DNA of 45,743 nt from Myxococcales bacterium (GTDB taxonomy: Bacteria; Myxococcota_A; Polyangia; Polyangiales; Polyangiaceae): NCBI GenBank assembly GCA_003139415.1, contig PLIR01000192.1, positions 3,787-49,529 on the forward strand. The letters are read 5' to 3'. Shown piece after piece: positions 10,090-18,200 of this stretch (the stretch's first letter is position 1; each line of letters begins with the position of its first letter). The notes under the pieces are model-generated. The model made no database searches. It was not told the origin of the DNA and saw only the letters and a program-made list of their open reading frames with translations. The translations under genes and the position numbers were made by a program.

Positions 10090-10941
10090 TTAGCTCCTCG
10101 CGCGCGCCTCGAGGGCCGCCGCCATCTGCGCGAAAGACTCCACGTCGAGGGTCTCGCCGCGCGCGCGCAGGTCGACCCCGGCAGCGGCCGCCGCTTCTTC
10201 GAGCACGCCGGCGCCTGGCGCCAGCGACGCCCAGGCGTTTCGAAGCGTCTTGCGGCGCATCTCGAAGGCCCCGCGGACGAGGGCGCGGAAGGTCTCCGTC
10301 TCGAGTGCACGCGGCGGCCGGAGGGGCACGAACTCGACGACCGCGCTCGTCACCTCGGGCGCCGGGTGAAACGCGCCCGGCGGCGCCCGCAGCACGCGCC
10401 GCGTCGCGAACGCCGCGCGGACGAAGACCGTGAGCGCGCCCCACTCCTTGCCGCCCGGCGTGGCCGTCAGGCGCCGCGCGACCTCGTCTTGCACCATGAA
10501 CACCGCCCGGTCCACCGACGCCGCGTGCTCCACCGCCCGGCGCAGCAGCGCGCCAGTGATCGAGTAGGGGAGGTTGCCGCAAAGGACGCGAGGGCTTCCC
10601 TCCGTGGGCGGGCCGAGCAACGACGCTAGGTCGACTTGCTGGGCGTCGCCCTCGATGACCTCCGTGTCCGTCCCCGCCATCGCCTCCGCCAGGACCGGCA
10701 CGAGGTCGCGGTCGCGCTCGATCGCCACGACGTGCATCGCGCGCTGCACGAGCCGATGGGTGAGCGCCCCGGTCCCCGCGCCGATCTCCACGACCCGCGC
10801 CCGTCCGACCTCCGCGTCCGGGACGCACGCTCTCGCGATGGCGTCTGCGATGGACTCGGCGACGAGGAAGTTCTGCCCGAAGGTCTTTTTTGGCCGAAGG
10901 CCCGCGGCCCGCAGGAGGGAACGCGGATCGCGGTAGGTCAC
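10090..10941 (-). CDS. rsmA: 16S rRNA (adenine1518-N6/adenine1519-N6)-dimethyltransferase RsmA/KsgA
   Basis: Motifs seen are KKTFGQNFL, the SAM motif VVEIGAGTGALT, and the catalytic NLPY (CGNLPYSITG). The GTG start at 10941 overlaps the upstream gene's TGA (GTGA, 10938-10941). The track ORF extension to 11649 is an out-of-frame shadow of the DUF58 gene. Confidence 0.9.
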   Translation of the reverse strand: MTYRDPRSLLRAAGLRPKKTFGQNFLVAESIADAIARACVPDAEVGRARVVEIGAGTGALTHRLVQRAMHVVAIERDRDLVPVLAEAMAGTDTEVIEGDAQQVDLASLLGPPTEGSPRVLCGNLPYSITGALLRRAVEHAASVDRAVFMVQDEVARRLTATPGGKEWGALTVFVRAAFATRRVLRAPPGAFHPAPEVTSAVVEFVPLRPPRALETETFRALVRGAFEMRRKTLRNAWASLAPGAGVLEEAAAAAGVDLRARGETLDVESFAQMAAALEARARS

Positions 10942-12545
10942 CCGGTCGCCCCTTCGGCTGGTTCGCGGCCTGTCTCCTTGGCGGCCGCCGGAGCTCGCGG
11001 CGGCGCCACGACCTGCACGCCCAGCCGTCGCAGGAGCCGCTCGGCGCGCCACCGCGCCGCGGCTGCGCGCGCCCGTACGGCGTCGTCCACGGCGTCCGCG
11101 ACGGCGCTGCGCGGCGAGGGATCCGCCCCGACGGCAGAGTCGAACGCCGGCACGGTCCAGCGCACGCGGATCCGCGCCGCCCGAACGCGGGTCAGGGCCT
11201 TGGCCATCCCCTCGGCGCGCACGGGTGACGGAGCCCAGACGTGGATCACGCTGGCGCGCGGCTTCTCGGCGGCGAGCCGCTCGAGGGCGGCGGCCAGCGC
11301 CCTCTCGCTCGCCTCGCGCTCGCCGTCTGCCCTGGGCGGCGACTCGACGCCGAACGCCGCGAGGTAGTGCCGCAGGCTTTGCTCCCTCGGTGTCGGCGCG
11401 AAGGGGACTCGCGGCGAGAAGGGCGCGTGAACGCGAAGCTCGTCGGCCCGCCGCGCCAGGGCGTCGAGGTCGCCCTTTCGCACGTCGGCGAGCGCTCGCG
11501 GATCGAGCGGTCGTGCGTGCTCCGCCACGCGGCTCGCGACCATGGTCTCGTCGAGCTCCGAGCGGTCGGCGTCGACCACGCTCGACGCGCTCGCGAGGGC
11601 CTTGGCGATCGCCGCGCCGTGCGCGGCCCCCTCGCTCGGCGCAATCCACGACCGCACCCGCGAGGCCGTCACGACCAGCCCGACGCGCTCACCGCGCCGC
11701 AGATGACGCACGGCCAGGGCGCCCACTTCCTCGACCACGCCGTCGAGCGGAGCACGCCCGGGGGCGCCCGCCCAAAGCTCGACCGAGGCGTCGACGACGA
11801 GCCACACGATGTCTCGCCCTTCGCGCGCCATCTCCCGTACGAGCAGACGCCCGCGGCGCGCGCTCGCCTTCCACGCGATGCGCTTGAAGGCGTCGCCCGG
11901 GACGTGGTCGCGCAGTTCGAGCAGCTCGCCGCCATCGCCGGGAACGTTGAACGCCCGTCCCGACTCCGCCGCGCGCCGGGCGCGCCCTCCCCGTGGCGAC
12001 GAGAGCAGCGCGGCGAACGTCTGCGGCAGGACCTCGATCCCGTGCGGGTTCGCGAAGAGCAACGGGACCTCGTACAGCGCCTCGCCGCCGAGCGACGTCC
12101 CCCTCACCTCGAGGGCCAATCCGTGGACGCCCCAACGGCCCACCCGACGCGGCTGCACGGTCACGGCGATGCGCGCCCGCCCCCCCGGCGCGAGGTCGAC
12201 CGCTTTCGGCTCCACCGAGGCCTCGAGCAAGCTGGACACGATGGGTCGCAAGGCGACCGCGCGGACCGGCGCGCTGCCCCGGTTGCGGAGCTCGCCCTCG
12301 AGCACGACGGGGACGCCGAGCGCCACCGATTGCACCCGCGTCTTGCTCGTCCAGACCATCTCGAACCCCGCCGTCCGCAAGCGCGTCACGGCCAGCGTCG
12401 CCACGGCTCGGCCGATGGCGACCGCGAGCAGCATGGCGCCCCCGAACGCCGCGACCGGCGCGAGCCGCTCGGCGACGCCGACGGCCACGAGCCCGGCGCC
12501 CGCGACCGCGACGTGGAAGGTCGAGCGCGTCGGGTAGAGCTGCAC
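10938..12545 (-). CDS. DUF58 domain protein (MoxR-associated, VWA-like) with long C-terminal extension
   Basis: There are two N-terminal TM helices and a DUF58-type core (ELRDHVPGDAFKRIAWKASARRGRLLVRE...VWLVVDAS). The gene lies 3 nt downstream of the MoxR ATPase gene. It uses a GTG start. Confidence 0.75.
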   Translation of the reverse strand: MQLYPTRSTFHVAVAGAGLVAVGVAERLAPVAAFGGAMLLAVAIGRAVATLAVTRLRTAGFEMVWTSKTRVQSVALGVPVVLEGELRNRGSAPVRAVALRPIVSSLLEASVEPKAVDLAPGGRARIAVTVQPRRVGRWGVHGLALEVRGTSLGGEALYEVPLLFANPHGIEVLPQTFAALLSSPRGGRARRAAESGRAFNVPGDGGELLELRDHVPGDAFKRIAWKASARRGRLLVREMAREGRDIVWLVVDASVELWAGAPGRAPLDGVVEEVGALAVRHLRRGERVGLVVTASRVRSWIAPSEGAAHGAAIAKALASASSVVDADRSELDETMVASRVAEHARPLDPRALADVRKGDLDALARRADELRVHAPFSPRVPFAPTPREQSLRHYLAAFGVESPPRADGEREASERALAAALERLAAEKPRASVIHVWAPSPVRAEGMAKALTRVRAARIRVRWTVPAFDSAVGADPSPRSAVADAVDDAVRARAAAARWRAERLLRRLGVQVVAPPRAPAAAKETGREPAEGATG

Positions 12546-12548
12546 GTC

Positions 12549-13520
12549 TCAGACCGCCCGCATCCCCCGACGGTAGCTCACCTTCGACAGGGCCTCCTCG
12601 ACCAGGCGCTCGCGCGCGCCGGCCTCGCCTTCCGCGTCGGCCGTCAGGATGAGCCGGTGGGCGAGGACGCTCGGCGCGATGGCGCGCAAATCGTCGGGGG
12701 CGACGAACGGGCGGCCGCCGATCATCGCCCACGCCTTGGCCGCCTGAACGAGGCTGAGCGTGGCCCGGGGGCTCGCGCCCAGGGTCACGCGCTGGTGGCC
12801 GCGCGTGAAGGCGGAGATCGCGACGGCGTACTCGAGCAGGTCGTCCTCGACGTAGACGCGCGACGCGATCCCTTGCAGTTGCACCACGTCGCGCGCCGAC
12901 AGCACGGGCCGGGCCGTCGGCGGATCGGCCCCGTGGGCCTTGAGCATCTGCGCCTCCTCCCGCGCGTTCGGGTAGCCCATCGAGACGCGGACGAGGAAGC
13001 GATCGATCTGCGCCTCCGGCAGCGCGTAGGTGCCTTCGAGATCGATGGGGTTCTCCGTGGCGAGGACCAGGAACGGCGACGGCAGCTCGAACCGGTCGCC
13101 CTCGATCGTGACCTGCCGCTCTTGCATCGCCTCGAGCAGCGCGCTTTGCGTCTTGGCGGGCGCGCGGTTGATCTCGTCGGCGAGGACGACGTTCGCGAAG
13201 ATCGGCCCCGGGCGGAGCGCGAACGTCCCTTCGCGCGGCGACAGGACGTACGTCCCCGTGATGTCGGCGGGCAGCAGGTCGGGCGTGAACTGGATGCGAC
13301 GCGAGTTGCAGCCGAGCGTGGTCGCGAAGGCCTTGACGAGCGTCGTCTTGGCGATGCCGGGGACACCCTCGAGCAGCGCGTGCCCGCGCGCGAGCAGGGC
13401 CAGGAGCATCGTGTCGATGTGGCGGGTCGAGCCGATGAACACCCGCGCGACCTCGCGCCGAACGTCGTCGAGGCGCTCGCGTGCCGCGGCAATTTCGTTC
13501 GTGTTCGCGGCGGCGGTCAC
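12549..13520 (-). CDS. MoxR-family AAA+ ATPase
   Basis: Walker A is GVPGIAKTT. The MoxR hallmark RIQFTPDLLPADITG is present. Walker B/sensor is VLADEINRAPAKTQSALLEAMQE. The GTG start overlaps the upstream stop (GTGA at 13517-13520). Confidence 0.93.
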   Translation of the reverse strand: MTAAANTNEIAAARERLDDVRREVARVFIGSTRHIDTMLLALLARGHALLEGVPGIAKTTLVKAFATTLGCNSRRIQFTPDLLPADITGTYVLSPREGTFALRPGPIFANVVLADEINRAPAKTQSALLEAMQERQVTIEGDRFELPSPFLVLATENPIDLEGTYALPEAQIDRFLVRVSMGYPNAREEAQMLKAHGADPPTARPVLSARDVVQLQGIASRVYVEDDLLEYAVAISAFTRGHQRVTLGASPRATLSLVQAAKAWAMIGGRPFVAPDDLRAIAPSVLAHRLILTADAEGEAGARERLVEEALSKVSYRRGMRAV

Positions 13521-14995
13521 GGCTTGACGACTGTACCACGCCGCGCTGCGTCTACCGCCGCGAGCAGCCGCGAGACCTCCCCGGCGGCCGCGTTCACCTC
13601 CCGGTCACGGAGAGAGCTCCGCGCTTCGCCCCGGGCCGCCGCCGCCGGCTGCTCGACGCGGGCGAACTTGGCGAGCAGCGAGGCGAGGGCGTCGGCGTCG
13701 TCCTCGGCGAGGAGACCGGCTGCGCGGACCTTCGCGACGATTTGTTCGCGAGCCGGGGCGCGATCCAGGCCGAGGCGGACGGCCAGCTGCTCCTCGAGGG
13801 CGCTCTTCAGCTCCAGCATCGCCAGCACGCGCGATCCGCCCGGCGCGGCGAGCACGGCGGCATGTCCGGCGACGCCTCCCTGGGCCGCGACCGGCACCGC
13901 CCGCACGAACCTCGGCTCGAGGGGCTTGTGCATCCGGGCGCCTCGGAGCGCCGTCCACACGACCACGCCGAGGCCGGTGGCCGCCGCGGCCAGGTAGAGC
14001 ACGGGCGGCGGAGCTCCGTTCTGGCGCAGCTCCTCGACCCCTCCGGCGAGCGCGCGCCGCAGCGCAGCCGCTGCGCTGACGGCCGGCGAGACGTGGCCGA
14101 AGGTCCCTGTCGTGTCGAAGTCGTTCGTCAGCAGGTAGATCTTGCCGCCATGGCGCGCGGTAGGGGCGTCCTCGGTGGCGTACCGTACGAGCCCCGCCGC
14201 AAGCGCGCGGTTTCCCGGGAAGCGGAGCATCGCGTTGATGACGACGGACGCGTCCCCCACCGCCAGGAGCCGGCCGTGTCCGACGCTCCCGGCCAGCGCA
14301 AGGAGCACATCGGGCTCCTCGCTGCCGCGCACCACGAGCACGGGCGAGAGGCCCGAGTGCTCGAGACCGGTCGCGTGGTTGGTGACGACGCGCGTCACCG
14401 ATCGCACCACAGGGTGCTCGGCCGCGGGTTCCGCGATGGCGAGGGCGGGGTTTCCTCGCAGCATCTCCGCGGGGTGCACCGGCAGAGGCACCCTTCGGAT
14501 CCCGAATTGCCTGAGGAATCCGTCGCCCGATCCGTAGTCGTCGAGGACGACGACCCTCCCACCGGCCCGCATGAACGCCGACAGCTCTTCGGCATCGATG
14601 GCGCGGGTCGGGTGCACGATGAAGACGGCGTCGGTCGCTTCGAGTTGCCCAACGTCGAGCGTCGCGGTCGAAACGACACGGCCGCGGCCGACCTCGTGCT
14701 CGGCGATGTCCACAAACTGCGAGAGGCCCTCCCAGTCGATGCCGTGTGGGTCGAAGGCCGCCGCCCACGCGGCCGAGCAGACGAGCGTCACGCAAGCGGT
14801 GGCCAACGCCACAGCGGCAGCCGTTGCGAGCGTCCTGGAGCGGCGGTCGCCATCATCGCCCGCGCGGTCCCGATCGTCGCCCGCACGGTCCCGGATGGGG
14901 GTGTGGGGGAGCGGCCGCGCTCCCCCACTGCAGGGTCGGCGCCTTACATTCACCCTGACATAGAATGCTGTTGCTGAACGCCCTGCAGGCTGCAA
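13517..14995 (-). CDS. DUF4350-like exported protein (first gene of the MoxR operon); 5' end uncertain
   Basis: The position upstream of MoxR/DUF58 is typical for DUF4350 proteins. An N-terminal hydrophobic segment (ATAAAVALATACVTLVCSAAWAAA) and a second TM near residue 330 are present. The maximal ORF starts at a TTG at 14995, only 3 nt from the divergent ORF, and reads through a REP-like hairpin. An in-frame GTG at 14812 is a more plausible start. Confidence 0.6.
   Translation of the reverse strand: MQPAGRSATAFYVRVNVRRRPCSGGARPLPHTPIRDRAGDDRDRAGDDGDRRSRTLATAAAVALATACVTLVCSAAWAAAFDPHGIDWEGLSQFVDIAEHEVGRGRVVSTATLDVGQLEATDAVFIVHPTRAIDAEELSAFMRAGGRVVVLDDYGSGDGFLRQFGIRRVPLPVHPAEMLRGNPALAIAEPAAEHPVVRSVTRVVTNHATGLEHSGLSPVLVVRGSEEPDVLLALAGSVGHGRLLAVGDASVVINAMLRFPGNRALAAGLVRYATEDAPTARHGGKIYLLTNDFDTTGTFGHVSPAVSAAAALRRALAGGVEELRQNGAPPPVLYLAAAATGLGVVVWTALRGARMHKPLEPRFVRAVPVAAQGGVAGHAAVLAAPGGSRVLAMLELKSALEEQLAVRLGLDRAPAREQIVAKVRAAGLLAEDDADALASLLAKFARVEQPAAAARGEARSSLRDREVNAAAGEVSRLLAAVDAARRGTVVKP
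14904..14927. repeat. GC-rich REP-like hairpin (tGGGGGAGCG-gccg-CGCTCCCCCa), third copy of the 2.4-2.7 kb element core
   Basis: It has a 10-bp perfect stem and a 4-nt loop. The core is identical to the hairpin at 2656-2675. A 21-bp tandem duplication (14852-14872 / 14873-14893) lies just before it. Confidence 0.7.
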
Positions 14996-15007
14996 CGCTT
15001 GAGGGTG

Positions 15008-17443
15008 ATGTTTCTGCTTCGCCCGTTCAAAGGTCTTTCGGCACGCGACCGATTCGGTTCGCTCCTCTTGGTCGGCGCCCTGGGCCTCGTCGGTGGCGCC
15101 GCGGCGTGCGGTAGCTCGGGCTCCTCGTCGCAGGGCTTCTCCGACGTCAAGCCGGAGGCCGGAATTCCGGTCACGAGAGACAGCGGAACGAGCTTCGTCG
15201 TCACGCCGAGCGACGGGGGCTCGACCTCGACGGGGCCGGTCGTCGCGAGCGCCCTGGTGTTCGTTCCGCCGGCCACGACGATCACCGTCGACGGCGTGAC
15301 CCCTCAGACGACGACGTTCCAGCTCCAGGCCACGGTCAACGGCCAGACGGTCAGCGTGTCCCCGACGTCACTGCAGTTCGACCGGCCCGACCTCGGGTCG
15401 GCGACGATCGGGTCCCCCGTCTCGGTGACGGCCACGGGTACGTATGGCGGTACGGGGACTCTGCACGCGATCTTCGGCGGCCTCGAGGCCACGGCGACGC
15501 TCACGATCCAGGTCTTGGAGCGAGACCTCGGGACCACGTCGACGACGGTGGCCGCGGTGCTCGACAGCGCGGGACCCGCGGGGACCGACGCCGGGGCGAC
15601 GACTGGAGGCGACGGCGGGGCGACCACGGGAGCCGACGGCGGGGCGACGACTTCGACCGACGGCGGGGCGACGACGGTAACCGACGCGGGGACCACGGGA
15701 GCCGACGCGGCGACGATCGCGACGTCCGACCCGCTCGTCAAAAAGATCCTCTACCCGTACAACCAGACCGTCTTCCCGCTCGGCCTCACGGCCCCGATCG
15801 TGATGTGGACGGCGCCGACGGGCGGCTCGCACGCGAACGACGTCTATCGGCTCCAGCTCTCGGAAGCCAACTACACGTACGACGGGTACCAGACGACGCC
15901 CCTGCCGGCGACGAGCCCCAGCCCCTCCGCGGCGCAGTGGGCGATCGACCAGGGCGTGTGGGACCGCGTGACGGCGTCGAACCTCGGCCCCACCGACCCT
16001 CTGCAGGTCATCTTGTCTCGCTATGACGCCGGGACGATGACGGCGGCGGTCTCCGCGACGATGGCGTGGACCGTCGCACCGGCAAGCCTGCAGGGCGCCA
16101 TCTATTACTGGACCGCGTCGAAGCAGGAGGAAGAGGATGGAGGCATCCTCAGCACGGGTCACATCACGCGGATGGCGCCCGGCACCGGAGCCCAGCCCGT
16201 CCAGTTGAACTCCGGGCGCTGCATGGGTTGCCACGCGGTCAGCGCCGACGGAACCACCCTCGTCGCCGCGATCGACGACCCCGCTACGGCCCCGGCCGAC
16301 CCGCCTTATGTCCTCTCATGGCAGTCGCCAAACTACACCCGTCCGTGGGCCGTCTTCGACGTGAGTCAGCCCACGCCGACGGCCGGCTTCCAGTCGACCG
16401 AGTACGGCGCCGACATCGCCGTCACGCCCGACGGCACGTACACCGTCTGGGGCGCCCCCACCGACGTGCCAGGCTCGAAGGTGTTGTCGCTCAGCAGCAC
16501 GAGCACCGGCGCGCTCGTTGTAGACAGTGGACTCGACGAGCTGCTCGGACCGCTGGCTGGCGACGTACTTTCCATGCCGGCCTTCTCGTCGGACGGCACG
16601 ATGCTCGCCGCGGTGCAGAGCCCTTCTTCCAGCGACAACGTCCTGCCCGTCGACCCGAAGGCGATCGTCACCGTGACCTACTCGGCGAGCACGCAGACGT
16701 TCGGCAACACCCTGAACACCGTGGTCCTGGCCACCGATCCGGCGATCACGGCGGGAGAGACGGCCCTCGCCTATCCTTCGTTCACGCCCGACAGCAAGTA
16801 CATCGCGTTCCACGCGGGGACGTGGTCGACCGGTTGTCAGGGCTCCTGCGACGACACGACCCCGGACGACGGCCAGCTCTACATCGCACCCTTGAGCGAC
16901 GGCGGCGCCATCCGGCTCTCGGTCATCGACGACCCTCCGAACCCGAGCGACCAGAACGCGTCGGTCGAACCGACGTTCGACCCGAAGCCCGCCGGCGGCT
17001 ACTCGTGGGTCGTCTTCACGAGCCTGCGCGCCTGGGGGAACATGGGGTGGCCCGTGACGACAGGCGAGGACGCGGGGGCGAACGAGAACTTCAAGCGTCG
17101 GCTCTGGGTCGCCGCGATCGACTCGACCATCGGCACGGTCGACCCGAGCCACCCGCCCTTTTACCTGGCCGGGCAAGACAACACGCCCAACATGCGCGGC
17201 TTCTGGGCCAACGCGCAGTGCATCGCGACGCCGGTCGCGGGCCAGAGCGGCGGGGCATGCACGCAAGGCTTCCAGTGCTGCTCGGGGTTCTGCACGAACG
17301 GGACGTGCGCCAGCGTGAACACGCTGGCCTGCCAGTCGGTCGGCGGGACGTGCACTACAGCCACCGACTGCTGCAACGGCGGAACGGCCGTCTCTTGCAG
17401 CGCCGGCGGAGTGTGCACGATCAACGTCACCGTCGCCCAGTAA
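15008..17443 (+). CDS. Secreted lipoprotein: Thr/Gly repeat linker, single CxxCH motif, PD40/TolB-like beta-propeller-like region, two C-terminal C-C-CC-C-C modules
   Basis: The signal/lipobox is LLLVGALGLVGGAAAC. The DGGATTxx octapeptide is repeated 4-5 times. CMGCH lies at 16220-16234. Recurring S.DG..LA / TPDG motifs are present. The C-terminus reads CIATPVAGQSGGACTQGFQCCSGFCTNGTC and CQSVGGTCTTATDCCNGGTAVSCSAGGVC. Confidence 0.8.
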   Translation: MFLLRPFKGLSARDRFGSLLLVGALGLVGGAAACGSSGSSSQGFSDVKPEAGIPVTRDSGTSFVVTPSDGGSTSTGPVVASALVFVPPATTITVDGVTPQTTTFQLQATVNGQTVSVSPTSLQFDRPDLGSATIGSPVSVTATGTYGGTGTLHAIFGGLEATATLTIQVLERDLGTTSTTVAAVLDSAGPAGTDAGATTGGDGGATTGADGGATTSTDGGATTVTDAGTTGADAATIATSDPLVKKILYPYNQTVFPLGLTAPIVMWTAPTGGSHANDVYRLQLSEANYTYDGYQTTPLPATSPSPSAAQWAIDQGVWDRVTASNLGPTDPLQVILSRYDAGTMTAAVSATMAWTVAPASLQGAIYYWTASKQEEEDGGILSTGHITRMAPGTGAQPVQLNSGRCMGCHAVSADGTTLVAAIDDPATAPADPPYVLSWQSPNYTRPWAVFDVSQPTPTAGFQSTEYGADIAVTPDGTYTVWGAPTDVPGSKVLSLSSTSTGALVVDSGLDELLGPLAGDVLSMPAFSSDGTMLAAVQSPSSSDNVLPVDPKAIVTVTYSASTQTFGNTLNTVVLATDPAITAGETALAYPSFTPDSKYIAFHAGTWSTGCQGSCDDTTPDDGQLYIAPLSDGGAIRLSVIDDPPNPSDQNASVEPTFDPKPAGGYSWVVFTSLRAWGNMGWPVTTGEDAGANENFKRRLWVAAIDSTIGTVDPSHPPFYLAGQDNTPNMRGFWANAQCIATPVAGQSGGACTQGFQCCSGFCTNGTCASVNTLACQSVGGTCTTATDCCNGGTAVSCSAGGVCTINVTVAQ
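15587..15703 (+). repeat. In-frame 24-bp tandem repeat (about 4.9 units; encodes D[GA]GATTxx)
   Basis: Units start at 15587, 15611, 15635, 15659 and 15683 (gacggcggggcgacgac...). Confidence 0.85.
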
Positions 17444-17449
17444 GAGGGC

Positions 17450-18115
17450 TCACACCTTCATCGTCAGTTCGACGTCGTCGGCGAACGGGACGGAGAGGTA
17501 TCCGGAGCCGGGGGCGCGGACCTGCGCGAGGTAGTCGGGGCAAGCGTCGGCGTTGTCGGCGACGATGAAGGACCCGGGCCGCAGGCGCGGGGCCACGAGG
17601 CCGAGGATTCGCGCGTAAAGCGGCTTGTGGCCGTCGAGGAGCACGCCATCGATCGTGGCCGGAAGGTCGCGCGCCAGCGTCTCGAGCGCGTCGCCCTCGC
17701 GGATGTCGACGAGGTCGGCGAGCCCGGCCCTCGTGAGGTTGTCGCGCGCGCGAGCGAGCTTCGATGGCTCGAACTCGGTGCCGATGAGAGTGCCGCCCCC
17801 GTTGTCGCGCAGCGCCGCCGCCAGATGCACCGCGGAGATGCCGAACGAGGTCCCGAACTCGACGATGGCGCGGGCACCGTTGGCGCGGGCCAGCATGTAG
17901 AGCAGCGCACCCGTCGCGGGCGAGACGGCCATGTGGACGTCTTTGACCATCGAGAAGAACCTTCTGTAGTCGGCGTTGGGGTCGCTCATGCGCCGGACGC
18001 GCTCTTCGCGCGACATCGGGCCGAGCATCTCGCCCATCTTCTTCGTGGTCTGGGCCGCATCGGCAAAGAGCTGCGCGAGCAGCGGGGCGACGGGCGGGGA
18101 GTTCAGGGTGTTCAT
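17450..18115 (-). CDS. Class I SAM-dependent O-methyltransferase (family 3, caffeoyl-CoA OMT-like)
   Basis: Its length is 221 aa. The SAM motif is IVEFGTSFGISAVHLA. It also carries LIGTEFEP, DGVLLDG and FIVADNA. It is divergent from the Rieske-P450 gene. Confidence 0.8.
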   Translation of the reverse strand: MNTLNSPPVAPLLAQLFADAAQTTKKMGEMLGPMSREERVRRMSDPNADYRRFFSMVKDVHMAVSPATGALLYMLARANGARAIVEFGTSFGISAVHLAAALRDNGGGTLIGTEFEPSKLARARDNLTRAGLADLVDIREGDALETLARDLPATIDGVLLDGHKPLYARILGLVAPRLRPGSFIVADNADACPDYLAQVRAPGSGYLSVPFADDVELTMKV

Positions 18116-18200
18116 GGTCTCTCGCTATCGCGCAACGCGGCTCCGGCGTCCAGCAGGCACTGAACATCGGCTTCCGGCCCCAGCGCTCGGAAATCTTGGT

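Noticed and set aside
11241-13997. 918-aa plus-strand ORF and 616-aa minus-strand ORF (11689-13539) across the MoxR/DUF58 genes
   Set aside because: They are antisense or frame-shifted relative to the motif-bearing MoxR and DUF58 genes. Their composition is extreme in Arg/Pro/Gly.
15587-15703. Regular 24-bp repeats (also 21-bp repeats at 6863-6904 and 14852-14893, and 18-bp repeats at 7457-7507) considered as a possible CRISPR array
   Set aside because: The units are directly adjacent with no spacers and are too short. The 24-bp, 18-bp and 6863-6904 repeats are in frame within coding sequence, and no cas genes are present.
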